Below are positions 11,520-24,477 of a DNA stretch of 64,000 nt, piece by piece. Each line of letters opens with the position of its first letter. Positions within the stretch are counted from its first letter, which is position 1. Below the pieces are notes generated by a model that searched no databases, was not told the DNA's origin, and saw nothing but the letters and a program-made list of their open reading frames with translations. Source of the stretch: Chiloscyllium plagiosum (Eukaryota); the NCBI RefSeq assembly GCF_004010195.1, contig NC_057751.1, forward strand, positions 12,071,508 to 12,135,507. Reading direction: 5' to 3'. The position numbers and the translations under genes were made by a program.

Positions 11520-14500
11520 GTCCACAAAGTATGGCTGATAGGGCAGTTGCATGTTCCTCCTGCAGAATGTGGCAGGTGAGAGACCATATCTGCGAGAAGT
11601 GCACCAATTCCAAATCCTCAAAAACCGAGTTAGGGAACTGGAGCTGGAGCTGGATGAATTACGGATCATCCGAGAGGCTGAGGGAGAAAAAGAGAGGATG
11701 TACACGGAGGTGGTCACTCCTCAGACACGGGATAAGGACAGCTGGGTTACAGTCAGGGGAAAGAAAGGGAACCAACAGTAAGGGCAGGGATCCCCTGTGG
11801 CCGTTCCCCTCAGCAATAAGTATACCGTTTTGGTTACTGCTGGTGGGGACGGCCTACGGGGGAAGCTACAGTTGTGAGGTCTCTGGCACTGAGCCTGGCA
11901 CTGTGGCTCAGAAGGGAATTGGGGGGGGTGGAATAGAAAATCGCTAATGGTAGGGGACTCAATAGTTAGACGGATTGACAGGAGATTTTGTGGGCAGGAA
12001 CAGGACTCCCAGAAGGCATGTTGTCTCCCTGGTGCCAGGATCCGGGATGTCACTGATTGAGTTTACAGGATTCTGAAGGGTGAGCAGCCAGAAATCATGG
12101 AATGTATTGGTACCAATGATATAGCCAGGAAAGGGATTGAGGATCTGAAAAGTGACTACAGAGAGCTAGGTTGGAAGCTGAAGAGCAGGACGAGTAGAGT
12201 AGTGATCTCGGGTTTGTTACTGGTGCCACGAGATAGTGAAGTGAGGAACAGTCAGCGAATGCAGCTTAACACATGACTGGGAGGCTGGTGCAGGAAGGAG
12301 GGCTTCAGATACCTAGACCATTGGGATGCCTTCTGGGGAAGGTCGGACTTCTACATGAAGGACGGGTTGTACCTGAACTGGAGGGGCACAAATATCCTGG
12401 GTGGGAGATTGCTTGTATGGTTAGGGAGGGTTGAAACTCGGTTGGCAAGTGGATGGGAATCAGAGCTACATATTTGACGGGGGACAGTAGGAGATGGGGC
12501 AGTTGCAGGATGTATTGAATCTATCGGGAAGGTTTCTCACGTGATGTAACAAAGGGATTGGTTAAAGTGTGACTGCTTTAACGCAAGGAGTGTCAGAAAT
12601 AAGAGTGATGAACTTAGAGCATGGATCAGTACTTGGGGCTATGATGTTGTGGCCATAACGGAGACGTGGGCTTCACTGAATTAGGAATGGTTGCAAGACG
12701 TTCCAGGGTTTAGAACCTTTAAAAAGAACAGGGAGGTAGAAAAAAAGGGGGTATAGCATTGCTAATCAGAGAGTGCATCACAGCTGCAGAAATGAAGGTT
12801 ATTGGGGAAGGTTTGTCTACTGAGTCAGTATGGGTGGAAGTTCAGAACAACAAGGGAGCAGCCACCTCATTGGGGGTTTTCTACAGACCCCCTAATAGCA
12901 GTAGAGAGATTGAAGAACTCATGGGTCGGCAGATGTTGGAAAAATGCAGATGTAGCAGGGTTGTTGTTATGACTGATTTCAACTTTCCCAATATCAACTG
13001 GAACCTCCTTAGTGCAGATAGTTTGGATGGAGCCGTTTTTGTCAGGTGTGTTCAGGAGAGTTTTCTTACTCAGTATATAGACACACCGATGACGAAAGAG
13101 GCCATTTTTGGATTTGGTGCTCAGCAATGAGCCAGGACAGGTGTCAGACCTCGCAGTGGGAGAACACTTTGGTGACAGTGATCACAACTGCCTCACATTT
13201 ACCAGAGCCTTGGAGAGGGAAATGAGCAGTTACCAAGGGAATATACTTAAATGGGGAAAAGAAAATTATGACATTATCAGGCAGGAGTTGGGAAGTACAG
13301 ACTGGGAGCCATTTTTCCACAGAAAGGGCACAACAGACATGTGGAGACTGTTTAAGGAGCAGTTGTTGTGAGTGATGCACAAATTTGTTCATCTGAGACA
13401 TGCAAGAAGGGGTAAGATTAAGGAGCCTTGGATGACGACAACAGAGGACATTCTCATCAAAAGGAAGAAGTCAGCTTACGTAAAGTGGAGGAAACAAGGA
13501 ACTAGCACAGCTTTAGAGGGTTCAGGTTGCTAGGAAGGAGCTCAGAAATGGACTGATGAGAGCCAGGAGGGAACATGAGAAAGGCTTGGCAGGAAGGATT
13601 GGAGAGAACCTAAATGCATTTTACTCATACGTGAGGAACGAGAGAATGACCAGGGAGAAGATAGGGCTGATGAGGGCTGGCATAGGGAACCTGTGCATGG
13701 AATCTGACCAGATAGGGGAAGCCCTAAACGAGTTTTTTGCTTTGATTTTCACTAAGGAAAGGGACCTTGTTGTGAATGAGAACTTTGAGGAGCTAGGATA
13801 CAGGCTTGAACAAATCAAGATTGATGAAGTTGATGTGCTGGAAATTTTGGCAAACATTAAGATTGTTAAGTCCCCAGAGCCAGACCAGATTTAACCTCGG
13901 TTACTCCGGGAAGTGAGAAAGGAGGTTGCTAAGCTGCTGGCGAAGATCTTTGCTTCCTCACTCTCCACGGGAGTCGTACCGGAGTATTGGAAGGAGGTGA
14001 ATATTGTTCCTCTTTTCAAGAAGGGGAATAGGGAAAACCCTAGCAATTACAGACCAGCCAATCTTACGTCTGTGGTCAGCAAGGTTTTTGAAAGAATTCT
14101 GAGGGATAGGACTTATGATTATTTGGAAAGCGTAACATGATTAAAGACAGTCAGCATGGTTTTGTGAAGGGCAGGTCATGCCTCACTAATCGTATTGAGT
14201 TCTTTGAGGAGGTGACAAGACAGATCAATGAAGGTCGAGCAGTGGATGTGGTATATATGGACTTCAGCAAGGCATTTGATTAGGTTATCCATGGTAGGCT
14301 CATTCATAAAGTCAGGAGGTGTGGGATAGAGGGAGATTTGGCTGACAGAAGACAGAGAGTGGTAGTAGATGGAAAGTATTCTTGCAGGGCTCTGTTCTTG
14401 GGCCTCTGCTCTTTGTAGTTTTTATAAATGACTTGGATGAGGAGGTTGTGGGTTGGGTTAATAAATTTGCAGATGACACAATGGTTGGAGGTGCCATTGA

Positions 14501-15135
14501 TAGTACCGAGGGCTATTGCAGGCTGCAGCGCGACATTTACAGGATGCAGAGCTGGGCTGAGGAATGGCAGATGGAGTTCAACCTGGATAAATGTGAAGTG
14601 ATGCATTTTGGAAGGTCGAACTTGAATACTGAGTATAAGATTAAAGGCAGGATCCTTGGCAGTGTGGAGGAACAGAGGGATCTTGGTGTCAAGTACATAG
14701 ATCCCTCAAAGTTGCCACCCAAGTGGATAGGATGGTTAAGAAAGCATATGGTGTTTTGGCTTTCATTAATAGGGGGATTGAGTTTTTGAGCCGCGAGGTT
14801 TTGCTACAGCTCTACAAGTCCCTGGTGAGGCCATACTTGGAATATTGTGTCCAGTTCAGGTCGCCCAACTATAGGAAAGATACAGAGGCTTTGGAGAGCG
14901 TGCAAAGAAGTTTACCAGGATGCTGCCTTGACTGGAGGGCTTGCCTGATGAACAGAGGTTAACTAAGTTTGGGCTTTTCTCTCTAGAGAGAAGGAGGAAG
15001 AGAAGTAACCTGACAGAGGTATACAAAGTAATTAGAGGCATGGATAGAGTTAACAGCCAGAGACTTTTCCCCAGGGCATGATTGACTGGCACAAGGGGTC
15101 ATAGTTTTAAGATATTAGGAGATAAGTATAGAGGG
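11520..15135 (+). mobile_element. Near full-length, inactivated CR1 LINE (ORF1 Zn-finger/zipper/SGNH esterase; ORF2 APE endonuclease plus RT); 3' tail missing
   Basis: MADRAVACSSC..IC.KC, leucine zipper, GDS and GTND esterase motifs (~11950-12120), NARS/ITETW/YRPPN/DFN/SDH APE motifs, NYRP, QGSVLGPLLF and FADD. Many stops and frameshifts. Confidence 0.95.
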
Positions 15136-16149
15136 TGAATTTGAATGGCAACTACTCCATAAATTTACTTCAGTTCAAAATTAGTAAAATTGTAAAGTTT
15201 ACACAACCACCTTGGATATTCACTGCTCAAATGAGGTGAAGTGCTAGCATATGTGAAAAAGAACAGATGATTTTCCAAAAATAACTTCTGAATGAAGTGC
15301 CAGAAGGAAAATATTAAAATGTAAACTTTCTAAAACAGCACAAAAATAGAAGTTTATCTTGGCATAACGTTCCAGATTTGAGAATAAAATAAACCAAGAA
15401 AAATAACTTGTCAAGAGCTGTACTCTCAATCAACTGTGATGTGTGAAAAAGAAATTTGAGCAGAAATGTGGGAAGAGAAAAATGAAGGAAAAATCTAATA
15501 AATGCTACATTTTCTGAAAGATGCAGAGTTACAATTTAAACCAAACTCATTTTAATCACTTTCATGGACAGAGAGAAAAAGTGTTCCCTTTCATAATTGC
15601 CAAGGAGAGGACATGGGTAAAAAGCAATGTGCAAATGAAGGAAATGCGATGCAGGAAAGTCATTTTCACAGCAAGTAGTTATGGAGTGAAACACACTGCT
15701 TGGAATTGTGGTGGAGGCAAGTTCAGCTGAGGCATCCAAGAGGACATTGGATGATTATTTAAATGGAAGTAACATTTCTGATGAAGGGGTGGGAGAAAGG
15801 CACAAAGCCATAATTTTAATTCAGTTTCTTGGGACAGAGAACAATATGCCATGCATATGTTTCCTGAAATACATATATGGCATACTATTTACCAGTCTTG
15901 TCATTCTTGGGATCTTTTCCTTTCTTTCATGTATGCTAAGTGTGTGCTTAGAGTTAGAATATGCAGCTCCAGATCATTGACGGATGTCTAGTGGCTCTAT
16001 GGTAGCATTCCTACCTGTGGACTGAGAGCTTTGGGTTTGGGGTGTCCATCAGGACTTCTTCTTCATGGAAGGTTGCTTATCAGCCTATTAATATTTTAAA
16101 TAAACCTGATGGCAGCTGGTAAATGTGGACAGTCTCCTGGTCAGCCAGT

Positions 16150-18420
16150 TCTCTATCCATCTAGCTAGTACACCCTGGACCCATGCAACTTCATTTTCTC
16201 CATCAGCCGACCATGGGGAACCTTTTCAAATATGTTACTGAAGTCCATGTATATGACCTGTATATCTTCGAGAGAAAGTGAGGACTGCAGATGCTGGAGA
16301 TCAGAGCTGAAAATGTGTTGCTGGCAAAACGCAGCAGGTCAGGCAGCATCCAAGGAGCAGGAGAATCGATGTTTCGGGCATAAGTCCCTCTTCAGGAATG
16401 AGGAAAGTGTGTCCAGCAGGCTAAGATAAAAGGTAGGGAGGAGGGACTTGGGGAATGGGCGTTGGAAATGCGATAGATGGAAGGAGGTCAAGGTGGGGAT
16501 GATCGGCTGGAGTGGGAGTGGGGACGGAGAGGTCAGGAAGAAGATTGCAGGTTAGGAAGGCGGTGCTGAGTTCGAGGGATTTGACTGAGACAAGGTGGGG
16601 GGAGGGGAAATGAGGAAACTGGAGAAATCTGAGTTCATCCCTTGTGGTTGGAGGGTCCCTAGGCGGAAGATGAGGCACCTGGACCAACCAACCCAACCAC
16701 CCTGTGGCTTAACACTTCAACTCCCCCTCCCACTCCACCAAGGATATGCAGGTCCTTGGACTCCTCCATCGCCAGACCATAGCAACACGACGGTTGTAGG
16801 AAGAGCGCCTCATCTTCCGCCTAGGAACCCTTCAACCACATGGGATGAACTCAGATTTCTCCAGTTTCCTCATTTCCCCTCCCCCCACCTTGTCTCAGTC
16901 AAATCCCTCGAACTCAGCACCACCTTCCTAACCTGCAATCTTCTTCCTGACCTCTCCGTCCCCACTCCCACTCCGGCCTATCACCCTCACCTTGACCTCT
17001 TTCCACCTATCGCGTTTCCAACGCCCCTTCCCCAAGTCCCTCCTACCTATCTTTTATCTTAGCCTGCTGGACACACTTTCCTCATTCCTGAAGGGCTCAT
17101 GCCCGAAACGTCGATTCTCCTGCTCCTTGGATGCTGCCTGACCTGCTGCGCTTTTCCAGCAACACATTTTCAGCTGTGACCTGTCTATGACAGCTACAGC
17201 CCTTGCCTCATCAAACAACTTTGTCACGTCCTCAAAGAATTCTATTAAGTTTGTAAGACATGAACTGATATGACCTTCCCTGCATAAAACCATGCTGCCT
17301 ATTATAGGGAAGCCCATTTTCTTCCAAATGTAAATAGATCTTATCCCTCAGTATCTTTTCCAACAGCTTCCCTACCATTGATGTCAGGCTCACCAGTCTA
17401 TAATTACCTGGATTATGCTTGCAACCCTTCTTAAACAAGGGGACAACAATAGGCAAATCTCCAGTTCTCCAGGACCTCATCGTTTTCAAGGATGCTACAA
17501 AGATATCTGTTAAGGCCCTATATTTCCTCTCTCGCTTCCCTCAGTAACCTGGGATAGATTCCATTCAGACCTGGGGACTTGTCCACCTTAATGCTTTTTA
17601 TGATAACCAACACTTCCTCCCTCCTTATGCCCACTTGACCTAGATTAATCTAACATCTATCCCTAACCTAAATATTGTCATGTCCTTCTCCTCGGTGGAT
17701 ACCGATACAAAGTACTCATTAAGAAACTCACCCATTTTCTCTGACTCCTTTGTCCTTGAGTGGGCCAACCCTTTCTTTAGTTACCCTCTTTCTCCTTATA
17801 TATGAATAAAAGACTATGGGATTTTCTTCACCCTGTTTGCTGAAGTAATTTCATGACCCCTTTTAGCCCTCTTAATTCTTTGTTTCAGATTGATCCTATT
17901 TTCCTGATATTCTTCCAAAGCTTTGTCTGTTTTCAGTTGCTTAGACCTTATATATGCTTCCTTTTTCCTCTTAGCTAGTCTCACAATTTCACCTGATTCC
18001 CTAATCTTGCCATTTCTATCCTTCATTTTCACAGGGACATGTCTGTCCTGCACTCTAATCCACCTCTCTTTGAAAGCCTCCCACATATCAAATGTGGATT
18101 TACCCTCAAACAGCTGCTCACAATTCACATTCCTCAAAGCCTGGCTAATTTTGCTATAGTTGGCCTCCCCCAATTTAGCACTCTTCCTTTAGGACCACTC
18201 TCATCTTTGTCCATGTGTATTTTATAACTTGTGGAAATGTGATCACAATTTCCAAAGTAATATTTTACTGAAACTTCAACTACTTGGCTGGGCTCATTCC
18301 CCAACACCAGGTCCAATATGGCCCTTTTCTGAGTTGGACAATTTACATACTGCTCTATAAAGCCCTTCTAGACACTCCTTACAAATTCTGCTCCAACTAC
18401 ATGTCTAACACTAAGTGAAT
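16150..18420 (-). mobile_element. CR1 ORF2 fragment, interrupted by a PLE at 16269-17175
   Basis: Minus ORFs DLVLGNEP..DH, AKRGHEI, VPLFKKG..PGNYR.VSL and SCLTNLIEFFE. Confidence 0.9.
16269..17175. mobile_element. Penelope-like element as an inverted pair (arms 16305-16676 and 16807-17175)
   Basis: The arms are reverse complements, and ORFs 16421-16696(-) and 16595-17062(+) give the same peptide. The spacer encodes the PLE C-terminus PVA.HFNSPSH...LIFRLGTLQP.GMN. Confidence 0.9.
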
Positions 18421-18424
18421 CCCA

Positions 18425-19130
18425 GTTCAGTTTTTGTTCAAGGGTAACCTGTGGGATGTTGAAAGTCAGGGATTTAGTGACTGTAATGCCATTGAATGTC
18501 AAGGGGCATTCAAATTGTATTTTATTGGAGAAAGTCATTACTTGGGATTTGAGTGACACAAATGTTACTTGCCATTTTTGAGATCAAGTCTGAATATTGT
18601 CCAAGTCTTGCTGAATTTGAACATGGATTGCTTCAGAGTCTGAGGAGTCACAAATGGTGCCGAACATTTTGCAGTCATCAGTGAATATCCTTACTTTTGA
18701 GCTTATGATGGCGGGAAGGTCAATGATGAAGCGGCTAAAGATGCTTGGGCCTTAAACACAACCTTGAGAAACTCCTGCAGAAATGTCCTGGAGCTGAGAT
18801 GGATGAACCCAACAACCACAACCATCTTCCTTTCTGCTGATATGATTCCAACCAACAGAGAGTGTTCGTCCCCTGATCCATATTGACTTCAGACTTGCTC
18901 GTGCACAATGATGCCACACTTGGCCAAATTTGCATTGATATCGAGCGCAGTCATTCTCATCTCCTCTCCAGAATTCAGATCTTTTGTGCATGTTTGAACC
19001 AAGGCTGTAATGAGGTCAGGAGCTGAATGAATGACACTGGTGGAAGCCAAACTGGCCATCAGTGAGCAAGTTATCACAAAGCAAGTGTTGTTTGAGAGCA
19101 CTGCTCATGACACCTTCCATGACTTTACTG
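18425..19130 (-). mobile_element. Decayed LINE RT fragment (second family)
   Basis: HSAPDLITALVQ, MTALDI, ISAGVSQG motifs on the minus strand. Confidence 0.75.
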
Positions 19131-19844
19131 ATACAGTACACTAAACTGAAAGGAGTGCAAGCAAATCATCGGTTCACCTGGAAAGAGTATTGGAAACTAA
19201 AAGTAATATGCAATGTCATGGCTAAGTTTTGACTGAAAGTTTCAAGTTTGGATTAAAAGTGAACTTTTTGTTGCTCTGTCAGTTGTGAAAAGGGCTTTGA
19301 AAATTAAACATAGCTTGGTGCAATATAAATCTTGGATGAGGGGTGATTGAACAGGTTTCTAAATTACATACATTCTTTTGCCTGTTTCATACATAAGTGT
19401 TTGTTGTGGCTATTTATAATTCTTAAGAAATTCATGATGAAGTTATCAGGTAATGTGTTGGTCACAGATTTGATGTCATCTGTCACAACTGCCAAGCATC
19501 ACATGAGTCAACAAAATGTCCTTGAACTTCTTTTACCCTATGTTTATCATGGAAGCCATCTCTGAGGATTGCACAAATAATATTTATTCTTATCCACTGG
19601 CAGAATGTTTTGTTGTTGATACTAATCTTTGTCCTTTTCATCAGACCAATTTATTCAGAATCAGCCAACATGAGTCATGATCTGTAAACATAAATTGTAT
19701 AAAAGCAAAACATGGGAGAAGTCAAAGAAGACTAAATTGGATTGACTTTAAACTAAAACAGGGAATCATAACGCAGAATTGACAGGGGCTCTAAAAATTA
19801 TTTTCAAGCAACATGTTTGGACATGCTGTGACACAGTTAAAAAA

Positions 19845-20040
19845 AAACTTGTATTTATACAATGCCATTCATGGTCTTAGGATTTCCCAAAGTGCTTTGC
19901 AGTCACTGAGATACTTCTTTTGCAGTGATATAACAATGGAATGAGGGAGCCAATTTGTACAGAGCATGTTCCCACAAATAACAATAAGATCATCTGTGTT
20001 TTTTAAAGTTGTTTGAAGGATAAATATTGGGCTGAACACC
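19845..20040 (-). mobile_element. Deu-domain SINE (SacSINE1/AmnSINE1-related), 3' part
   Basis: Reverse complement of ttgttatttgtgggaacatgctctgtacaaattggc...aaagcactttggga; matches 57380-57760. Confidence 0.6.
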
Positions 20041-20309
20041 TCAATTCAAAGAAGCAGACAATCAGAAAGCAGGAAAGAACAGGCCTGTTAGCCTAATATT
20101 TGTCATTTAAAAAACATTATAATCCATTAGTAAGGAGGTAGTAGAATGATGTTCAGAAAATCGTAATACAGGCAGGTCGAACATGGCTTTTTGAAAGGGA
20201 CCTTATGTTTGATAAATTTATTGCTACCTGACCTGCTGTGCTTTTCCAGCACCACACTCTCGACTCTAATCACCAGCATCTGTAGTCCTTACTTTCGCCT
20301 CTTTCAAAC

Positions 20310-21400
20310 GGTAGCCTCTCATCTGACCAACAAATGAGACACACCGGAACCGACAGGTCAGATGGAGCATCGCCCTTGCGGGGAAGGGTGAACACACACA
20401 GTCAGGTTTTTGAAAATGTTTGTGTGAGCGCAGAGAGAGAGAATGGGAGCCGCCTCCCTGGCTTCTCCCTCTGGTTATTGGCTGCCATGGTGCTGAGAGA
20501 AATGGACACTGAGGCTCAAGACACAAGGAAAAGGGGGAGACGGCAAGAACCCCCACACACGCCTTACTCAAGAAGAAAGGACAGTGAGCTGGGAACACGT
20601 TACCAAGACCCGCTCCCAAGTGCTAGATTTCAGATCACTGGCTCTCCAAAATGCGGTTTCTCGATCTCACCAGAGCACGTGAGAGTCCTTGTCGGAAGCA
20701 CAGCAGCTCCAGCTCGCCTGACCCTGCTGCAGGATTGTGACCTTTTCAAAGAAAGCACTTGCCTGGCCACCAGCGAGGGCGGGAATGGCAGGAAGTGCTC
20801 AGCTTCTAACACCGGACCTGGATAGGAAAGCCAGCCCGCTAGGGGCCATCCCACATCGGACAGGAACTGCCAAATCGATTGAGGAGAACTGCAGTGAAGT
20901 TGCACTCGCACAATGCTCGCAGGTCGAGGCGGAAACCTGGGTGACAAGCACCTCAAGTCGGCAGAGCCATCGTGCGGCCAGTTAGCAGTGGGTGCCATGA
21001 AGGATAGGAGGGCTGCCACTCACTACCAATGCCAATGATGCGGCACACGAGGCCTGTGCTAACAAGCCGACATTCTAGGCAAGCACAGGCAAGGCTCAGT
21101 CTGCTACCTTCTTTGCAACACCCAAGGGAACCAGGCAACTTGAACTCTCTCTTTTATTTTAAAGTGCCTGAGGAAGGACAGCCGAAGTGGAAATACATTG
21201 CCCACCCTCCAAGAGTGTCGAGAGCCCTCCGCACAGGCATCTGATCGATCTTTCGAAAAGGCGGAAAGAGTAGGGAAAGTCTGACAAAAGTTTGACAAAA
21301 CATAGACTTCTAAGAGCCCTTTGGCATGCACCCAACCTTGATATTCAAGTGCTCTACCCTTGGAACCACTTTTAGGACACATTTCAAAGTGGTCCTATGT
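20310..21400 (-). pseudogene. Candidate orphan rDNA 5' external transcribed spacer fragment
   Basis: CpG-retaining, non-TE sequence. Minus strand has GATCGATCAGA (21250-21240), similar to the conserved vertebrate A'/01 processing motif. It ends in a 9-bp hairpin (20356-20364 with 20320-20328) followed by ggc|TACC (20313-20310), the first bases of 18S. Unverified. Confidence 0.4.
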
Positions 21401-22096
21401 CGCCATTTTGTTCTAAAAATTGTGCTCCCGAAAATCTCCGGGTATCCCACCAACTTGACAAGCGGCCAAACTCAAATAGCTCTGAATGTGTCAGGATTCC
21501 GAATTCGAGTGCTTCAGTCTGGAACTCAATCACCTTAACACTTGTGAATTTTATTCGCAGCCTGACTTCCGCAGCTCGAGTGAGTTAAAGTTCTCAGGCT
21601 GCAGACACTTAATGATGGCGGGCCAACAGCGGGACTGAATTCCCCCTAGTCATGTGATACCTCGGAACACATTTCCCGCATTAATTTTCTGATTTTTTTC
21701 GCTGGTGGGGATTTTCCTCCACTGACATTTTGAAATTATACACTCTTTTCCAAAATTTTTCTTAGCTTTTGCTGGTTACTGACTTGTCCTTTTTTAACAT
21801 CTCCCGACAATTTTCAAACCTGTCACTTGATGCCTTTTGGTGCACGCTTTCAGGCATTTTTTTCCAAGTTTTCCAGGCTGTTCCTCTGACATTTTCAAAC
21901 ACTTTTCTAAGTTTGCTCAAATCAAGACTCACTTCAAGAATATGTCATGGAATGTGGGGCATCTTGAGAGATCCTGAGGTCATTAATGGCCCTATAGCAA
22001 GCAAGTTTTTTTCTCACTAGTTGGTCTCGCTGGTGTAATCAGATTATGAGCTCTCATAATTAGGAGGCACAGGCATAGTGGTACTACTGCTGGACT

Positions 22097-23365
22097 GTTC
22101 ATCCCCTGTAGTTACACCGGCACCACTCTCCACCTCTTCCTCTGCTACATTGATGACTGCATTGGCGCCACCTCGTGCTCCCACGAGGAGGTTGAGCAAT
22201 TCATCAACTTCACCAACACATTCCACCCTGACCTTAAATTCACCTGGACCATCTCTGACGCCTCCCTCCCCTTCCTGGACCTCTCCATCTCCATCAGTGA
22301 CGACCGACTTGACACTGACATTTTCTACAAACCCACCGACTCCCACAGCTACCTGGATTACACCTCTTCCCACCCTACCTCTTGCAAAAATGCCATCCCG
22401 TATTCCCAATTCCTCCGCCTCCACTGTATCTGCTCCCAGGAGGAGCAGTTCCACCACAGAACACACCAGATGGCCACCTTCATTAGAGACCGCAATTTCT
22501 CTTCCCTCGTGGTTAAAGATGCCCTCCAATGCATCTCNNNNNNNNNNNNNNNNNNNNNNNNNNNNNNNNNNNNNNNNNNNNNNNNNNNNNNNNNNNNNNN
22601 NNNNNNNNNNNNNNNNNNNNNNNNNNNNNNNNNNNNNNNNNNNNNNNNNNNNNNNNNNNNNNNNNNNNNNNNNNNNNNNNNNNNNNNNNNNNNNNNNNNN
22701 NNNNNNNNNNNNNNNNNNNNNNNNNNNNNNNNNNNNNNNNNNNNNNNNNNNNNNNNNNNNNNNNNNNNNNNNNNNNNNNNNNNNNNNNNNNNNNNNNNNN
22801 NNNNNNNNNNNNNNNNNNNNNNNNNNNNNNNNNNNNNNNNNNNNNNNNNNNNNNNNNNNNNNNNNNNNNNNNNNNNNNNNNNNNNNNNNNNNNNNNNNNN
22901 NNNNNNNNNNNNNNNNNNNNNNNNNNNNNNNNNNNNNNNNNNNNNNNNNNNNNNNNNNNNNNNNNNNNNNNNNNNNNNNNNNNNNNNNNNNNNNNNNNNN
23001 NNNNNNNNNNNNNNNNNNNNNNNNNNNNNNNNNNNNNNNNNNNNNNNNNNNNNNNNNNNNNNNNNNNNNNNNNNNNNNNNNNNNNNNNNNNNNNNNNNNN
23101 NNNNNNNNNNNNNNNNNNNNNNNNNNNNNNNNNNNGTACACTCTGCTACCTTCCCCCACCCTCCCCTCTGACCTATCACCTCCATCCCCATCCCCATTCA
23201 TCCATTGTACTCGATGCTACTTTCTCCCCCCCTCCTCATTTATCTCTCCACTCTGCAGGCACCCTGCCTGTATTCCTGATGAATGGCTTTTGCCCGAATC
23301 ATCGATTTTCCAGCTCCTCGGATGCTGCCTGACCTGCTGTGCTTTTCCAGCACCACTCTAATCTA
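22097..23365 (+). mobile_element. Penelope-like retroelement: RT C-terminal half, gap, then 3' end
   Basis: Open frame LFLCYIDDCIG...FHPDLKFTW..SLPFLDLSI..FYKPTDSHSYLDYTSSHP..IPYSQFLR (YIDD at 22146-22157). Tail with a decayed hammerhead at 23276-23305. Confidence 0.92.
22538..23135. other. Assembly gap (598 N)
   Basis: Run of N; the long ORFs that span it are artefacts. Confidence 1.
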
Positions 23366-23367
23366 AA

Positions 23368-23735
23368 CATTCACTCCCTCCACCACCAATGCTCAGGAGC
23401 AGCAGTGTGTGCCATCAACAAAATGCACTGCAGAAATTTCTCAAGATTTCCCAAGACACAACCACTGTCTGGAAAGATAAGGGCAGTAGATACATTGGAC
23501 CACTCCCCCCTGCAAGTTCCCCTTCAATCCACTCATAATCCTGACTTGGAAAGATATCACCATTCCTTCACTGACCCTGGGTCAAAGACCCAGAACTCCC
23601 TCCCTAAAAGTGCTGTAACCCACACCAAACGAACTATGGCTGTTCGAGAAGGCAGCTCACCACCACATTCTCTGGATGGGCAATTAGGGATGGGTAATAA
23701 GTCAGTGACATCCACATCCTTTGACTGAATTAACA
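23368..23735 (+). mobile_element. 3' end of the second LINE family
   Basis: NIHSLHH....AAVC.I.KMHC, then tail gcagctcaccacca...gggcaattagggatggg. The same tail occurs at 38715-39110 and 54440-54555. Confidence 0.75.
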
Positions 23736-24477
23736 AAAGGTTGTTGGCAAATCTCCATTACCTGCAATGGAGTTGTTGACTTTCCAAAAGGTGTGATCAA
23801 ATTCCTCACCGGTGGTCCAACGATGTTCCAAATTGCTCACAATCTCCTGCAGCCCCAGTTCCGCAAACTAAAGAAATTGTGATGGAGGCTTTATGAAGGC
23901 TGTTCTTTTTTGGGAATTTGAAAATGAAGGAACTGTGGATGTTAGTTTCTGGTTCTGTTAAGATGACTTGTTTATTTTTAAGCAAGGGTCAGAAAATCAT
24001 TTAAAATAGTGAACTAGCCTTGACAAGAAAGCATGCGACTTCAGCTAAGTGCTCAATCAGCTACCTGCTAAGCTAACTGCCACATGATAACTGAGTTGAG
24101 CTTTGTGATCTACGGAAAGAGATGGTCAGGAGCCACCCGCTGGCTGAATTCAGAAGAAGGTAATTCATAGCAGTAGAAAGGGAGTTTTTAGTTTGAAGGT
24201 ACCTCCAGACTTTGGGGCATAGCTGAAAGCTGTCAGTACTGGAAAAACATCCTCTGGCCATGAGAGCTGAGAAGAACTCTGAAGCTGTTACAGCAGTCTA
24301 GGGAGAAGAGCTTGAGTTAGTTTGTAGTAGTGCATTTCCAGGTGAGACAAAGAGAATTGCAGCTGGTAAGTGTGCAGAAGGTCTGTTGAGAAAAAAATCT
24401 TGAATGTCTTTAATGGACATTGGTGGGACAAAAGTTAATCTTTCTCTTTGCTGTTCATGATAAGATATTTTAAAATT

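Noticed and set aside
20334..21019. 163-aa and 129-aa ORFs
   Set aside because: No recognisable domains; better explained as GC-rich non-coding sequence.
22044..23361. Long ORFs of 233-427 aa
   Set aside because: They run through the N gap; the real coding signal is the PLE RT frame.
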